A stretch of DNA of 64,000 nt from the NCBI RefSeq assembly GCF_009834535.1, contig NC_045696.1, forward strand, positions 100,690,001 to 100,754,000, read 5' to 3'. The position numbers and the translations under genes are program-made. Every line of letters starts with the position of its first letter. The first letter of the stretch is position 1. The notes beneath the pieces were generated by a model. The model did no database searches. It was not told where the DNA came from and saw only the letters and a program-made list of their open reading frames with translations. Source of the DNA: Camelus ferus (taxonomy: Eukaryota). Below, piece by piece: positions 24,602-37,599 of this stretch.

Positions 24602-27257
24602 GCTTGGCTGTTGGATTCTTCTGCTCCACGTGGCATCAACTGGAGTCATTTGGTGGTATTCAGCTGGCAGCTTTTTAGTCTGGTGACTTGGTGGAGATGG
24701 CTGGAAGAAAGGAATCATCTGCCCTCTTTCTCCCTCCATGTATCCTGGGAGCTACCTCATGTGGTCTCTTCAGTGTATAGTTAATCTCAGACATGCTGGC
24801 TCAGGGCTTCCAAAGAATGTTAAAAGCCTGGAATGGCTAGTCATTACTCACACAGTGTCATGTCCTCCAAGCTCTATTAATTCAAGCAGTCACAGGACAG
24901 CTCAAATTCAAAGAAACTTGGAAACAGGCTTGGCTTTCAGTAAGAGAAGTGCCTAAGACTCTATAACTACCTTTAATCCACAAAGAGGTTAAATGGAACA
25001 CTTGAAACTCCCCTGCTTCATAACCTTAGTTTAGATATCTTGCCTGCTTATTCTCCAGTCATATATGTCCCTATAGGTAAACTAGGAGAAAGCATATTTC
25101 TTTGCACTGGAAATAAGGTAAAACAAAATTGCATAGAGATGTTAACTCAAGCCCACAAATTATGTCCAAGGAAAGAAACTGTAGTCTAGTTGTCTATAAG
25201 GTTTGAAGGTAGGCTTTGGGAGAAATTTCTCTGTTCTACATTTATAATAGTGATAAAAATAGCTAGTTGTCAGTGCCTAATGAGGTCTGTCTGGTTGTAG
25301 GTCCAGAAATTTTATATTGAAGAATCCTATCTCATTTGGGCCCCAGCCAGTGTGAGTAATGCTTGGAATTTTTTATAATAAGAGATAAGGTCATTGTGAA
25401 TCGTTTTAATTAACCTGTATGTTTTTCTTATTGCCTTAATTTTCTTCTAATTGAGGTCAAAATGATTATAGTATAGACTGTGCCAAAGAGAGAAGGCTTC
25501 GCTAATTTTGTCAGACTCACAACTAGGACACGCTGACATTTAGAAACAGGAACAAGCAAAGGAAACCCAAAAAATAGGTGGTCTTTCTCATTAAGCGAAG
25601 AGCTAGGTACTTTTATTTCAATGAGAAAAATGGTCAACATTTATAATATTTCATAAAAATTTAGTAAGATTAGACGTGTCTACTAGATTATTGCTTGCCA
25701 ATCTTTTCATAGAAAAACTTTCCTATAAAAAGTTAAATTTCTGGAAAATCAGAATATCTGTGCCCATCACCCTCCTGTGTGATCCTACCAGCCTCAATCC
25801 AACTCTCTTCTTTTTGTTACACCCTGCTTTCTGGTTATATTGCAACTGATGGTAAGAAATCTATTTTATATCAGAGCCAGGTGCACACATATGCAAGGAT
25901 ACGTCAAAATACTTATTACAAAATGATCCATAGCCTTGTATATGTAATCAGTTTTGGTATTTTAGTTTAAGTGCTGCAGCAGTAAAGGAGGAATCTGGGA
26001 CCCTCTCTGGGAGCTGCAAGACCAGAGTGCACCCATACTAATCCTAAATCATTATCGCACTTTTCCACTCTCACTCTCTGATGAGTGAGCAGAGACGTTT
26101 TTGTTGTCGTTTTCCAGATGCTATGAGCTTGCTGTGTAAAGATGTTAGCACTCTTTTGAATAATTGAGAGTGTAATTGTATGTTGGTTTTCTAGAATTTT
26201 CTAAGTTAGTAGGTTTAGGATATTAATATGTACATGTTCAAACATTAAATCATCTTCTGGATACTTCTGTGTCCTTACTATCTGCAGTTATATCTGTTAT
26301 CTCTCCAATCTCTCATTTGTCCAGTAAATGTTAAAGCATAGCTTAAGTCTATTATAAAATGAAATGTATTTGTTATATATTTTTCTAATATTTGAGAGTG
26401 GATTATGAGCTTAAAAGGGGGAAACTAGAAGACTTGCCCTTCAGCTCACGTAATCTACGTCTAATGATGCTGAAAAAGATGAAACAGACATATCATAGAT
26501 TTTTGACGTGTAAAAAAGGAATCTACTCTAAAGAAAATGGACAAAATATATAAGTAATGAACACAGAAATGTCAAATGCTATCATTCTTTAGGCTTTATA
26601 GATGTTAATAATTAATCTTCTATCTTATGCAACAAAAGATTTTCCAAGAATCTTATGCCAGTTGAGTTGTAGTATCATTTTAAGACTAATTGCCTAGATT
26701 AAAAAAAAAATTGAATTAAATATTGTAAATGTAGACTTGATGAGTTTTTTAGGAACCCTGCATTTTATTTTATACTTTTTCAAACTGAAAATGAAAAAAA
26801 AAGCCACTGGGGCATTTTAATATGGTAAGCCATCATATTATATTGGTTTCAGAAATGCACATAGTAGATAAATGACAAATATACCTTTATGAAGTTGACA
26901 TTGCTGAATACCAGCTTGATGAGAAGTCAGTAATAAAGACCACAATACTGCTACTTTCCAAAAATACAGTAGCTAATCATATTAAGGATTTATCTACAAA
27001 CATTCATTGATACTATATGTTAGCTACAGAATTGTAACTATGCCTTATAAATGGATGAATCTACAAATAATAGGCTTGTTGTTTTGTGCTTTTTTTGGTT
27101 GGATCATCATCAAAAAAAATCTTCTTTTATAGGAATGCTTGGAAATGAACAGACATGTTGCTAAAATATTTAGAAATGAATAGCCAATTTAAATCCCAGA
27201 GTTTATTCTGAAACAATTGTGTTGTCATTTACATTAACAATTTAAACTGTTGCCTCA

Positions 27258-27829
27258 TGAAAGGGAGCAGGACCCTGTGGGCCCTCCCTGATACAAATCT
27301 TTTCTGTGTCTCATGTTTCTCTTTTGTAGGAAATAAGCTTCATGCAGCCTCCTTGACCTTCTCTGAGTTCCAAAGGGAAGACTCAAACAGTTAGTCATCA
27401 GGGAAGGGAGGGGATGCAGAACCAAGGGAGAAGCAGTCAAGAAACAATACTGCAGCCTTCGGGCGGGGTCCTGGTTCCTCCTCAAGAAATATACTTAACA
27501 ACAGTATCTTTGAGTTCTTCTGCAGGAACTAAGGCCCTCACCCAGGTGGAGGATGGCAACTTCAGGCTAAGCACAAGGTTCCAGGAACACCACCCTGTTA
27601 CCTCACCACAAGTCAACCAGAAGAAATCACACACCTTGCAGCCCTCACCCCCAAACTTTGCTATAAAAACTTCTCCCTGAAAACCACTGGGGAGTTTGGG
27701 TTTTCTGAGTACAAGCCAGCCATTCCCTTTGCTTGGCCGTACAATAAACCTTTCTCTGCTCCAAACTCCAATGTTTCAGTTTGTTTGGCCTCACTGTGAC
27801 TCCTGCACATGAACTTTTGTTCAGTAACA
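27258..27829 (+). mobile_element. ERV1 solo LTR, family Y copy 1
   Basis: TGAAAGGGAGC..GTAACA termini, TATAAAA at 27662-27668, AATAAA at ~27743-27748. Homologous to 34512-35065. Charlie1 continues on both sides. Confidence 0.9.
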
Positions 27830-28048
27830 TTAGCACAAATCAAGCCGGTGACAACAAGCTGTGTAAATAGTTATGTTCTTTTTCTCACCATGCACTCAAA
27901 AGGGGAAAACAAGTTTCACTGAAGACTGTCTTTCTGTTATCAGTAAAAAGCATCAATTTTATAAAAGTCCAATCTTAAGTACATGTTTTTAAAATATTCT
28001 GAATGATGAAACCAGAAGAACATACAAAGTCTGTCTGTTGTGTATTGA

Positions 28049-28644
28049 TGAGACAGGAGAGGGCAGGGTATAACCATGAAAAGAATGGCCCAGCAATTAG
28101 CACCAAGATGGTGGAAGATTCAACTCCCAATAGACTTTGGGCTTCAATATATATTCACTGAAAGACAATAGCATACTAAGTGGTGCTACTGCAGATGCCA
28201 TGACAATTTCAAGGCTGACCATAAAAGGTCAAAAAGTGGGTGGTGGCCCAGTTCCTAGGAATCCCAGCCCCCTCCCCAAAGTAGTTGGAATAATCCTCCC
28301 ACTTGTTAGCATATGAAATATCCAAGCCCCAAAAACTAGCAACACCTTGTCTGGCTCCTTTGCCTTCTAAGATAGCCCGCACTCTGTCTATGGAGTATGT
28401 ACCTACTTTTAGTTTAAACACCTACCCCAATACCTCGTGGCTTCTCCCTGGCCTTTTGAGACAGCCTGCACTCTGTCTATGGAGTATGGATTTCTCTGAA
28501 TAAATCTACTTTTACTCAACTATGGCTTGCTCTTGAATTCTTTCCTGTGCAAAGCCAAGGACCCTCACTTGACGGGGTGCATTCCAGGGACTCCCTGGGA
28601 CCTGGGACATAGCCATCCTCTTGCACCACATTTTTCCTGTATCA
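28049..28644 (+). mobile_element. ERV1 solo LTR, family X copy 2 (variant subfamily)
   Basis: TGAGACAGG..TATCA termini, 4-bp TSD ttga/ctga. Confidence 0.92.
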
Positions 28645-28873
28645 CTGACATACGATGCTTGTTGAAAAGCACATATGCAATTCTTTTGAGTTGAGAATAA
28701 AGTCACTTTTTTTTTCCCATGGGAGAGTATTTTTACTTGGTAGAACAACTGACGGAGAAATTATGCTTATCTAGATGAGTATTTAACAAAGATTTTCTTG
28801 AATGTGGATAAATAAACCAGTCACTTCAAAAAAGATAACCGTATTTGTTGCCAATAATAAAAACTGAACTTTT

Positions 28874-28930
28874 AACTTATATAATATTACACATCAACTA
28901 TATCTTAATTAAAAAAAAAAGTAGAAACAA
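28874..28930 (+). mobile_element. 57-bp L1 3' terminus with poly-A
   Basis: 15-bp TSD aaaaactgaactttt (28859-28873) / aaaaactgagctttt (28931-28945). The insert catcaactatatcttaattaaaaaaaaaa matches an L1 3' end. Confidence 0.85.
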
Positions 28931-30779
28931 AAAAACTGAGCTTTTGAGTGAAAACTAAAACTTTGGAAAACTTGTATCTGCCACCATGAGCTTGACAGCT
29001 TCTCAATACTTTAAAAGCTTTTCTGATAAGACTAATGATTATATTAATAAATGTGTCTCTTTTAATGGAGTGTATAAATGTATTAATATCTGGAAGAATC
29101 TGATGCTAGAATTTGGAGGAGCCATCCAACTCAAAAAAAAAATTCTTGAGATAGTGAAAAATAATTTAAATACTTACCTTCTATTTCTGAAATATTTGTG
29201 AAATAAAAAAAGGAATTTCAGATATCTAAGAAACTAAGAAGAAAAAAATTCTAGTACTTAGAATGTATTAGACAACTGCAAAATTTCAAAACAAAAATAA
29301 ATAAAAACTTAGGGGATAAAAGACAGATAAGAAGGGAACTACTGCACAGAATTTCAGGGCATTCAGCGTGTAAAATAAAATTTTATTACTTAAGCTTGGC
29401 TGGACTATCCTAAGTCACTATTCCTGGAATCCTATATTACTAAAAATTATATAATTGAATTATAGCACTGAATATTCTTTCAAGGATTACTTACAGTTGA
29501 TATCTATTTGTTTCAACCAACTAAGAATTATTGAAGAAAAGAGGTGTTAAATTTTATGCCATTTTTTCTTGAGCTTATATTGCTGATTATTTTCTAAAAT
29601 ACCTACATGTTTTGTGAAGCACAATTCATATTTTCCTTGGTGATTCAATGTCACTGACAGGTCAAACATTAGGATGTCGTTAAAAGACATTTTTCTGAGT
29701 GAAAGAAGATTTGATACTAGACTGTGAAGTTTATTTCCTCTCCGTGGTCACAAAGGATACTTGTTAAACGAGCTAAAAAGGCATTTGTGACCATCAGGGT
29801 ATTATCAGGGGAGGCCTTCTGCTGCTCTGTTGTTAATTTCTAAAATAATCGTTCATAGAAATAAACCAAATACAGTAAGAGATTAATCATTATAGTCCAT
29901 CACCTTTCTCCGTAGGTCACTGAGTTCTCTATTTTGAGTTGTGCAGAATTTGGCAAAGGGTGGTTGCATCAAGGCAGTTAGTTTCATGTGCTATACTTAG
30001 AAAGCCATGAACGTACTGAATACCCAGGAGTAATAGATACAGTTTTCTTCCTATTTTTCATTTAAATATGACTTGAGTATTAAAAGATAGGGAATTACCA
30101 AATTCAAAACTGGCTTCAAGATGAATTCCAGAACAGAAGCAATTTACTTATGCTAATGTCAGCTAACATACACATAAGCAATTTCAAATAACTGTTGACA
30201 CTTTATTACCATAAATCTTTCCTAAGGCATTGATATTGCTTAGAAATATTTAAACGTAATATATTAACTCTATTTAGTTAAAAAGGGATTAATATATAAA
30301 TATTTATTGCAACATTTATATCTACATTTATTAAGTAACATAAGTATTTTTTATTTCACTGTCACCTTTCTACTTCTCTTTTTCTGTTCTTGTATCTTCA
30401 TTGTCACCATACACGTATGGTCTTGAAATAAAGCTGGTGTGGGAGGGCTTTTTCTCCCCAAATGAAGAAAATATGAAAACACTCTTAAGAGATTTCACAT
30501 GTTTGTCCTAATTCATGTACTATTTTGGAGCTTTTCCAGTGAATAAATGTTTAATTTGAGTAAATTACCTATTTTCCCTAATCTCTATTTTCTTTATTAT
30601 TAGTTGGGATTAGTTCATTGGGTAGATTAAAATATCGCTAATACATCAAATATTAATTATGGAAATATTTGTGAATACCATATATAATTGCTCTTAATAT
30701 TTACTGTCTTCAATGCCAATGCCTACATATGCTTTAAATAAAATGACAGAAAGAGGAATTAAAAGCATATAACAGAATA

Positions 30780-31980
30780 GGTCAAAGACATCAGTATGAA
30801 CTCATGTTTAGCCTAACATATATTCATATATGTTCATATAATCGACACAGAAAGAATCATAAATATGTGTCTATGTATAGATTATACGCATACACATCTT
30901 ACCCATAGAGAAGTCCTAAAAGCCATGACAGCTCAGGAGCAGTGAGCTTAACCACCATCAGATCTTGGTTTCTAAGAATCATTTTCCAAGAAAAGGATTC
31001 CTTAGAGAAATCCCTGATTCTAGCCCCAGGAAAGGGAAAAATATAAGATAAGCCTGGAGTAACTTGTAGTACCAGAAAGTAAAGAAGAGCCCAGAAAGCA
31101 AGAGGATGGGGCCATGCAAAAGGATGCAGAAACTAACCTGAAAGAGTTCCCCAGGACCTAAGCTGAAAATTTTAAAAACAAAATAAATAATGTACTATTG
31201 GTTTACAGCCCAAAGTATGAAATAAATACCCTTGAGTCAATAAAGGTATAAATAAAAGACTACATAAATAAATCAGAAAAAAAGAACAAAACTTGCTTAT
31301 AGAGAATTTCTAAATGATATATATAGACACCTCTCCACTAGATGGAATTCAATCCTCCCATCCCTTGAAATGAGCTAGATTTAGTGACTTATTTTCAAAG
31401 AAAAGAGAAAAATGATAACTTTAAACTAGAAAAACTGCCAAATACTACCTTAAACAAGTGACGGTTAAAAACATCAGTGATGTAACGTGGCTAATATGGT
31501 TTTCCTTGATATGATTTGATAGAAAGACACTTCACTGTTGTATTAAAAAAAAAAAATACTCATCACTCCAGTCTAATCATGAGAAAAACACACAACACAG
31601 ACCTAAATAGGGAATATTCTGCAAAATGCCTGTCTAGTACTTCTCAAATGAATTAAGGTCATGAAAAATAAGGAATGACTGAGAAAATTTCACAGACCAG
31701 AGGAGAGTAAGAGACATGACAACAAAGTGAAATGCAGTATCCTGGATGGGATCTTGGAACAGAAGGAGGACATAGATGGAAAAACTGGTGAAATCAAAAT
31801 CAAGTCTAGAATTTAGTCAATAGTTATGTACAGATGCTTGGTTTCTTAGTTTTTATAAATGTACCTTAAGTCACTAACATTAGGGAAGATCAGGTAAAGC
31901 ATACATGGGGATTTTCTGTACTATCTTTGCAACTTTTCTACAATTCTAAAATTATCCCAAAAGAAAATGTTATTTTAAAA
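30780..31980 (+). mobile_element. L1MC/MD 3' region
   Basis: agacatcagtatgaactcatgtttag...gtatcctggatgggatcttggaacagaa...ctgtactatctttgcaacttttct...ctaaaattat, typical L1MC/MD 3' UTR. Confidence 0.85.
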
Positions 31981-32119
31981 AGGGTATATGATAGAACACT
32001 TAAGAGTTCTTGTTAGCAAAAACATTCCTGAATGGACCTATACACGTGATTGATAACCACTCCGAAAGGATTTTCATTGCCAAGTTCCTCATGTACTTTA
32101 TTCACTTTCCATGACAGAC

Positions 32120-32747
32120 TGTGGTGCAGTGATAGTTCACAAAGCTTGCAACTGTCGGGGAGTTAGTGAGTTAAATAGTTATAACCCAGATATGACACTT
32201 TGGGAAGTTAATTCTATAGAAAATCTTGACAGGTTCACAAGGTGAACCTATGTGTGGCTGAACCACACTGACTCCATTATGTCAGCTCCATGTTAGTCCC
32301 AAAGGTCTTAGTCCTGAAGCCTTTCTGTGTGACTGAGCTTTAGCCTACTCACAAGGAATTCACCCAAGCCAGAAAAGTTTCCTCTCAACTTTCACCCTTG
32401 CCTTCATCCATACAAAAATGGAAAGAATGTCTTTTTCTGATGCAGATGGTTTATGGTCCTGAGACCCCTGGGGGCAGGAAAACCCCCAGTACCTGTCTGT
32501 GAGGATGAGCTTCTGCCTTAGTAGTCAGATTCTGTCTTAAGCTCCATCCCTTTCAGTTCCCCAGGCATCCCTTTTGGTGGTGCAGAGTGCAGCTGCAAAT
32601 GCCTCTGGGTCCTCATCCGCTCGCTGAATTCTCCCTGTATGTAAGTTAACCACAATAAACTTTAAAATTGCACTTTATGGTATTGCCTGCTTTGCTTTCT
32701 GGTCTTAAACTTCCTTCTCAGATCAGAGGATATTATTCAATACAACA
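32120..32747 (+). mobile_element. LTR (ERVL MER73/MER74-like, tentative)
   Basis: TG..CA termini, tgtgtggctga..cactgactccatt and ctccctgtatgtaagtt..caataaac motifs. Confidence 0.6.
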
Positions 32748-33168
32748 CATCTATAATGATGACTTGTCGTACAAGTTTTAATTTTGAAAAAATAAATGTC
32801 TGTCAACAGGGGAATTGATAAACAAAACATATGCTGAACACCAAAATACATTTAGAAACTCCCTACAACAGAATTTACCACTCACCAACTTTAACAATAC
32901 CTTTGTTGGAAACTGAACTTTTACTTACTACTTTTTAAAACTATTAAAAATGTAAATAATAAAGAAAGAAGATATCCTTAGGTAAAAAAGAGACAACTGA
33001 TTAAAAAAACCCCAGAATTTAAAATGTTAAAAATTTAAATTTGATCTTTAGCTATTCAAATAGGCAGAAAGATCCAAAGCTTCTTTGTGGAAACAATTAT
33101 ATTACTGCAAGAGTGTATTTTTCTATTAACTATTAAAATGATGCAAAGTAAGTTTTATTGTTTGGTTT

Positions 33169-33804
33169 TGAGACAGGATGGAAGGGGGCAGGGCACAGCC
33201 ATTAAAGGAATGCTACAGCAATTAACATCAAAATGGTGAAAGATTCAACCCCCAGCAGGCCTTCAGGCTCAGGATGATGAGAAATTTAACTTCTAGTAAA
33301 TACTGAGCTTCATTATACACTCATTGTAATATATTAGCATGGTGAATAACACACCCACAGGCACCATGGCAGTCCCAAGGCTAGCCACAAAAGGTCAAAG
33401 AGTGGGAAATGGCCAACTTCCAGGGAATCCCAGCCCCTTCCCCAGGCTACTTAAACTGGTCCTTCCACGTATTAGCATATGAAGCCACCAAACCCATAAA
33501 AATTGAAAACACAGCACCTCAAGGCCGGCCTCTCCCCCTCTCTCAGTTCAGAGATGGCCCACACTCTGTCTATGGAGTGTGTACCTACTTTTAATCTGAG
33601 CACCCAACCCCCACATCTCTTGGCCTTTCTCTTGCCTTTCAATGTATCTCCCTGAATAAATCTACCATTACTCAACTGTGGCTCGCTCTTGAATTCTTTC
33701 CTGCGCGAAGCCAAGGACCCACACTTGGCGGGGCACCTCCCAGGGGCTCAACCGAAGGCTGGGACCCAGCCCTCCTCATGCCCCACATCTGTTTTCCCAC
33801 ATCA
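33169..33804 (+). mobile_element. ERV1 solo LTR, family X copy 3
   Basis: TG..CA termini, perfect 4-bp TSD gttt/gttt, AATAAA at 33655-33660. Confidence 0.95.
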
Positions 33805-34511
33805 GTTTCACCCTTAGCAAGTTTTAGAGCCACAAGTGAACTCTCTGGTCTATTATTACCGTAGTCCCAAGAGGAGATGGCATTGGTTGGAAACAGAACT
33901 TTGATACTAAAACTCTAGAATGCATAATACTAAATAAAGTGGGGAGGAGAAAGTAAAAGACTACTGTTTACTTCATCTCAGGTGGTACAGTCCTACTGAA
34001 TTGATGATTAACATCTTTTGAGATTTCTTTCAAGCTTTATTTTTTATATTGTTGTTTGTAAGTAAATATACATTTATTACTAGTGTTTCTTCAATTTCTT
34101 GATATATCAGGCCTAACATAAAGATCAAATTGTGATTAAAAAAAAGTGCTGGAGAAATGAGCAGTTGGTTGAAATAGGAGTCTAAATGTAGAATCCTTCT
34201 TAATTAAATAGACATACATACACATAGACACTTCCTATAGGAAGAAGATACATTTTTGGAAGATATGATTCATTTCATAAACATTTCAAATAATAAAATT
34301 AAAAACTCTAAGAGAATATGATTAACAGTTATAAAAGCTAAACATACATAAATAATTATCAAAAAGTTCTAAACATAATGGAAAATGTATAATTTATCAT
34401 TGCTCATTTTTTATTCTGAATTGAATATGTTTCTGAATTCAAAAGCAAAACAAAAGATTACTGGTAATTAGCTGTTAATGTTGTGGAGGAAGAAATTTTC
34501 CTCCATCTTTC

Positions 34512-35065
34512 TGAAAGGGAACAGGACCCTGTGGTGCCCTCCCTGGTACAAATCCTTTCCTTGTCCCCATTTCTTATTTCTGGAATAAAGGCTTCAGCCT
34601 CCTTCCTGAATACCAAAGAGTAGATTCAAACCTTTGCTAATCAGGGAAGTAGGGAAATGCAGAAACAAAGGAGAAGCAACCAAGGAAGGATAGTGCAGCT
34701 GTTAAAGCAGGATCCTGGTTCCTCCTCAAGTAATATATATAAAACAATATCTTTGAATTCTTCTGCAGGAACTAAGGCCCCCATTTAGGTGGAGGATGGT
34801 AACTTCAGGCTGAGCAAAAGATTCCTGGAGCACCACTCTGTTACCTCATCATCAACCAATCAGAAGAAAGTAACACAACAGGCAGCACTCACCCCAAATT
34901 TTGTCTATAAAAACTTCCCCCAAAGTCATTGGGAGTTTGGTTTTTTAGAGCATGAGCTGCCTGTTCTCCTTGCTTGGTCCAACAATAAACCTTTCTCTGT
35001 TCTAAACTCCAAAATTTCGGTTGGCCTCACTGTGTATCAGACACATGAACTTTTGTTAAGTAACA
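34512..35065 (+). mobile_element. ERV1 solo LTR, family Y copy 2
   Basis: TGAAAGGGAAC..GTAACA termini, homologous to 27258-27829. Abuts a 33-bp minus-strand MER34-like LTR stub at 34479-34511. No clean TSD. Confidence 0.88.
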
Positions 35066-36430
35066 CCCAGAGAAGAAATGTAATAAGAACATTACATGAG
35101 CATATTTGCATTTCCCTTGACTCAGATACCAATATCAAGATGTTGTCCCTATGGGGAAAAATGACTTAATCAGTAGCTCTAACTTTAATATTATTTTGAG
35201 ACTAAGTAACATGAAAAACAGGTCAGTGTTAACTTAAAAAACATTTTTTATCAGAGAATATTAGAGTTTCTTTCTATAAAAATAGGAATAAGCTATCCTA
35301 ATGAGTAATGGCAAGAGCAACTCAAAGAGTTTTTTAATTTGGAAGCAACTAAATAAACCAGGGCTTGGATGGTGATAGCAAATTCTCCATTTCAGCAGGA
35401 TGATAAATAATGGATAGGTTATTAAAATAGCACTGATCACATCTCTTCATCTGACTCCATAATACAAGAGCAAAGGGACACATAACGCTAACGACTTATA
35501 GGAAATTTAAAACTCCTGAAAGGAAACAGAGTGTATAAATGAGCACAGTGTTATAAATCTGCAGTGCTTACAGTCATGGGGGAAATCACTGAGACCAGTT
35601 GTTTAGAGAGATTTAAAGGGGACTTGCAAGGTCCCTGTGAGCAGCTAGAGTAAAGCACTATTCAAGCAGAGGTACCACAAAAAGCGGTGCCCCCGCCCTC
35701 AAGCTTCAGAATGTTACCTGATAACCAGAAGGAGGCAAGGGGAGGGTGAGATCCCCTACTCAGTTGCAAGTAAGAAGAATTAAAAGCGAGAAGACAATGA
35801 ATTCTCGAAAGCTTCATATTTAATTCAAAACTGAATTTATTGATTTTTTTTTTCCAGTAAGTCCTTTAAAATCTCTAATCTAGTCTTTATGGGGCCCATG
35901 AGAGATATTACTTTGGCATAAAAATATTTTCCATGGAATTTGCCTTAATTCTTTATTTAAATCCAAAATACAAAGTAAAATCCTCAGATATCAACATCTA
36001 AAAAAAGCATAAAAACAAATACTTTAAGTGCCAAAGGAACGATGAAAGAAATTTAGTCTCATGAAGTTTTGCTTTGCCCTAAAATTTAAGCAACAAAAAG
36101 CAAGAGTTTGAAGACAATGAATTATCAGGAGGGATTTACAAATGAGTCTCAGTATAAATGCCTGGGAAAAAAAATGATGTGGATAAAATTAAATGCATTT
36201 GAACAAAAAGATGAAACAACATGATTATCTTTGAAACATTTGAGAAATTATTAGTAATATATGAGTAGGGTGCAGTTAAGTTTTACAAACAAGAAATAAG
36301 CATTCATGTAATTTTATTTTTTTCTTTTAATTTTCCCAAGCTAGAACTAATTAATTACTTAATTAATTTTCCTGTTTTATTGAGACAATTGTCACACTGC
36401 ACCACGTAAGTTTAAGGTATAAAGCATCTA

Positions 36431-36878
36431 TGTGTGAAATAAAATTCACATTTTATGGCAAGACAACAAAAATGTAAACATAAAAGATTCTTCTCTGTCC
36501 TTTGACCTCTCCCCCCACTGTGCATTCTGTATCTGCAAAATTCATCAACCAAGCCTCCCCCATGAATAGGAATACCTGCTCAACCATAAAGAGCAACATT
36601 CTCCTGGCATCAAGGAGCCTCTTTAAAACATAACATTCCTTCTTAATCTTATAAGGGGTCACATGGCCCACCAGGATGATGCTTAGATCTGGATTATGTA
36701 AACTGGCAATAATACATCAGTTAATGTACAGCCCTCTGTCTCAAAAAACTTGTAAAACCGTGCCTTGATTTCCAACCAGCAGAACAGTTCTCAGAGCTTT
36801 CTGAGACACTCTTCCTGGGTTATGATCGTCAAATTTGGCTCAAGTAAATTTTTAAATTTTTTTCTTTTTTCATTGACA
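36431..36878 (+). mobile_element. ERV1-like solo LTR
   Basis: TG..TTGACA termini, possible TSD tcta/tgta, U5-like gttatgatcgtcaaatttggctcaagtaaa. Confidence 0.75.
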
Positions 36879-37269
36879 TGTAATTTTAAATTATTTGGTT
36901 TCCCTTTAATTTTTTAATTTTAACTAAGTAAGTTAGAATTTAATGGTTAGAATATTTCCTTAATACTGTGTAAATCTATGCAATTACAATTGTATATTTG
37001 TAGAATATAAATTGTTTATTCAAAAAGTTTCACACTGAATCATATTTTTGTCACCAGATGGAAACTCTTTTCCTTAGTTTGGGGTAGTCTCTTCTACACA
37101 CACTCTTACTAAATGGAAGATTAAAACTATAGAAGCTGTTCTACTAAGCAATGCTTTCAAAATAGAAAAAGACATTTGTTTTGCAACTCTCACATAAAAG
37201 ATGTATAACTTTGAATATGCTAAAAATAAACATCTCCTCCAAGGTAATAAGTTAAGGCAATAGATTAAA

Positions 37270-37510
37270 AGTAGGGGAGCAAAACTTGCCACCCCAAAAT
37301 ATGCCTCTTTGGCATGAAGATTAAATTTGGCTAATTATTTTTAAGAAACAGAAGAATTAGAAAGTTCTCTTTACTTCCCCTTCCAGAGTCTCTCGCATGT
37401 ATCCAGGTTATTAGATCGTCGTTTACTTTTCTCCTACTAATCTGTCTTATACCAATTGGATTCTTAGACCAGATAGAAGAACGTAGAGGAAAATTTCTTC
37501 CTCCCTGACA
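37270..37510 (+). mobile_element. MER34-like ERV1 LTR with internal deletion
   Basis: 5' gtaggggagcaaaacttgccaccccaaaatatgcctctttggcat. 3' taatctgtcttat..aatt..attcttagacc..aaatttcttcctccctgaca, homologous to the 38660-38751 end. Confidence 0.75.
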
Positions 37511-37599
37511 CTACTGACATTAAAGATAGCTGACGAGAGTTTACTTAACACTGTCACAGATGTTATGGAAATTAAAACATCTAATCCTTCATTACTGCT

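Larger units (their letters stand above)
23392..24980 (-). mobile_element. MLT1(G/H-like) LTR split into three pieces by two younger LTRs
   Basis: ctattgctgc..aaaaattacttcaaaacttagtg..acaaccattt / ccagtgattcaggtggaactt / ttcttctgctccacgtggcatcaactggagtca..ggtattcagctggcagc are collinear once the insertions are removed. Confidence 0.8.
25960..29105 (+). mobile_element. Charlie1-type hAT DNA transposon with degenerate transposase, interrupted by two LTRs and an L1 tail
   Basis: Charlie1-like 5' subterminal region (25960-26200). Decayed transposase motifs in order: atcttatgcaacaaaa (C-N-K, BED finger), atggatgaatctaca (MDEST), caccatgcactc (HHAL), tacgatgcttg (VRWL-like), ttttggaaaacttgtatctgccacc-like (FWKTCICH). 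Confidence 0.8.

Noticed and set aside
29745..29793. 10-bp inverted repeat (tggtcacaaa/tttgtgacca) as a miRNA or ncRNA hairpin
   Set aside because: The stem is too short, the 29-nt loop is unpaired, and such a match could arise by chance in 64 kb.
23965..33804. Similar LTRs ~9.2 kb apart as the two ends of a full provirus
   Set aside because: Each LTR has its own TSD. The DNA between them is MLT1, Charlie1 and L1M, with no primer-binding site, gag, pol or env.
27258..35065. Family Y LTR pair as a provirus
   Set aside because: Charlie1 sequence continues on both sides of the first LTR, and no retroviral internal sequence is present.
34789..35169. 126-aa ORF, and similar ORFs at 27414 and 28303, as novel proteins
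   Set aside because: They lie within solo LTRs, and the reading frames are not preserved between family copies.
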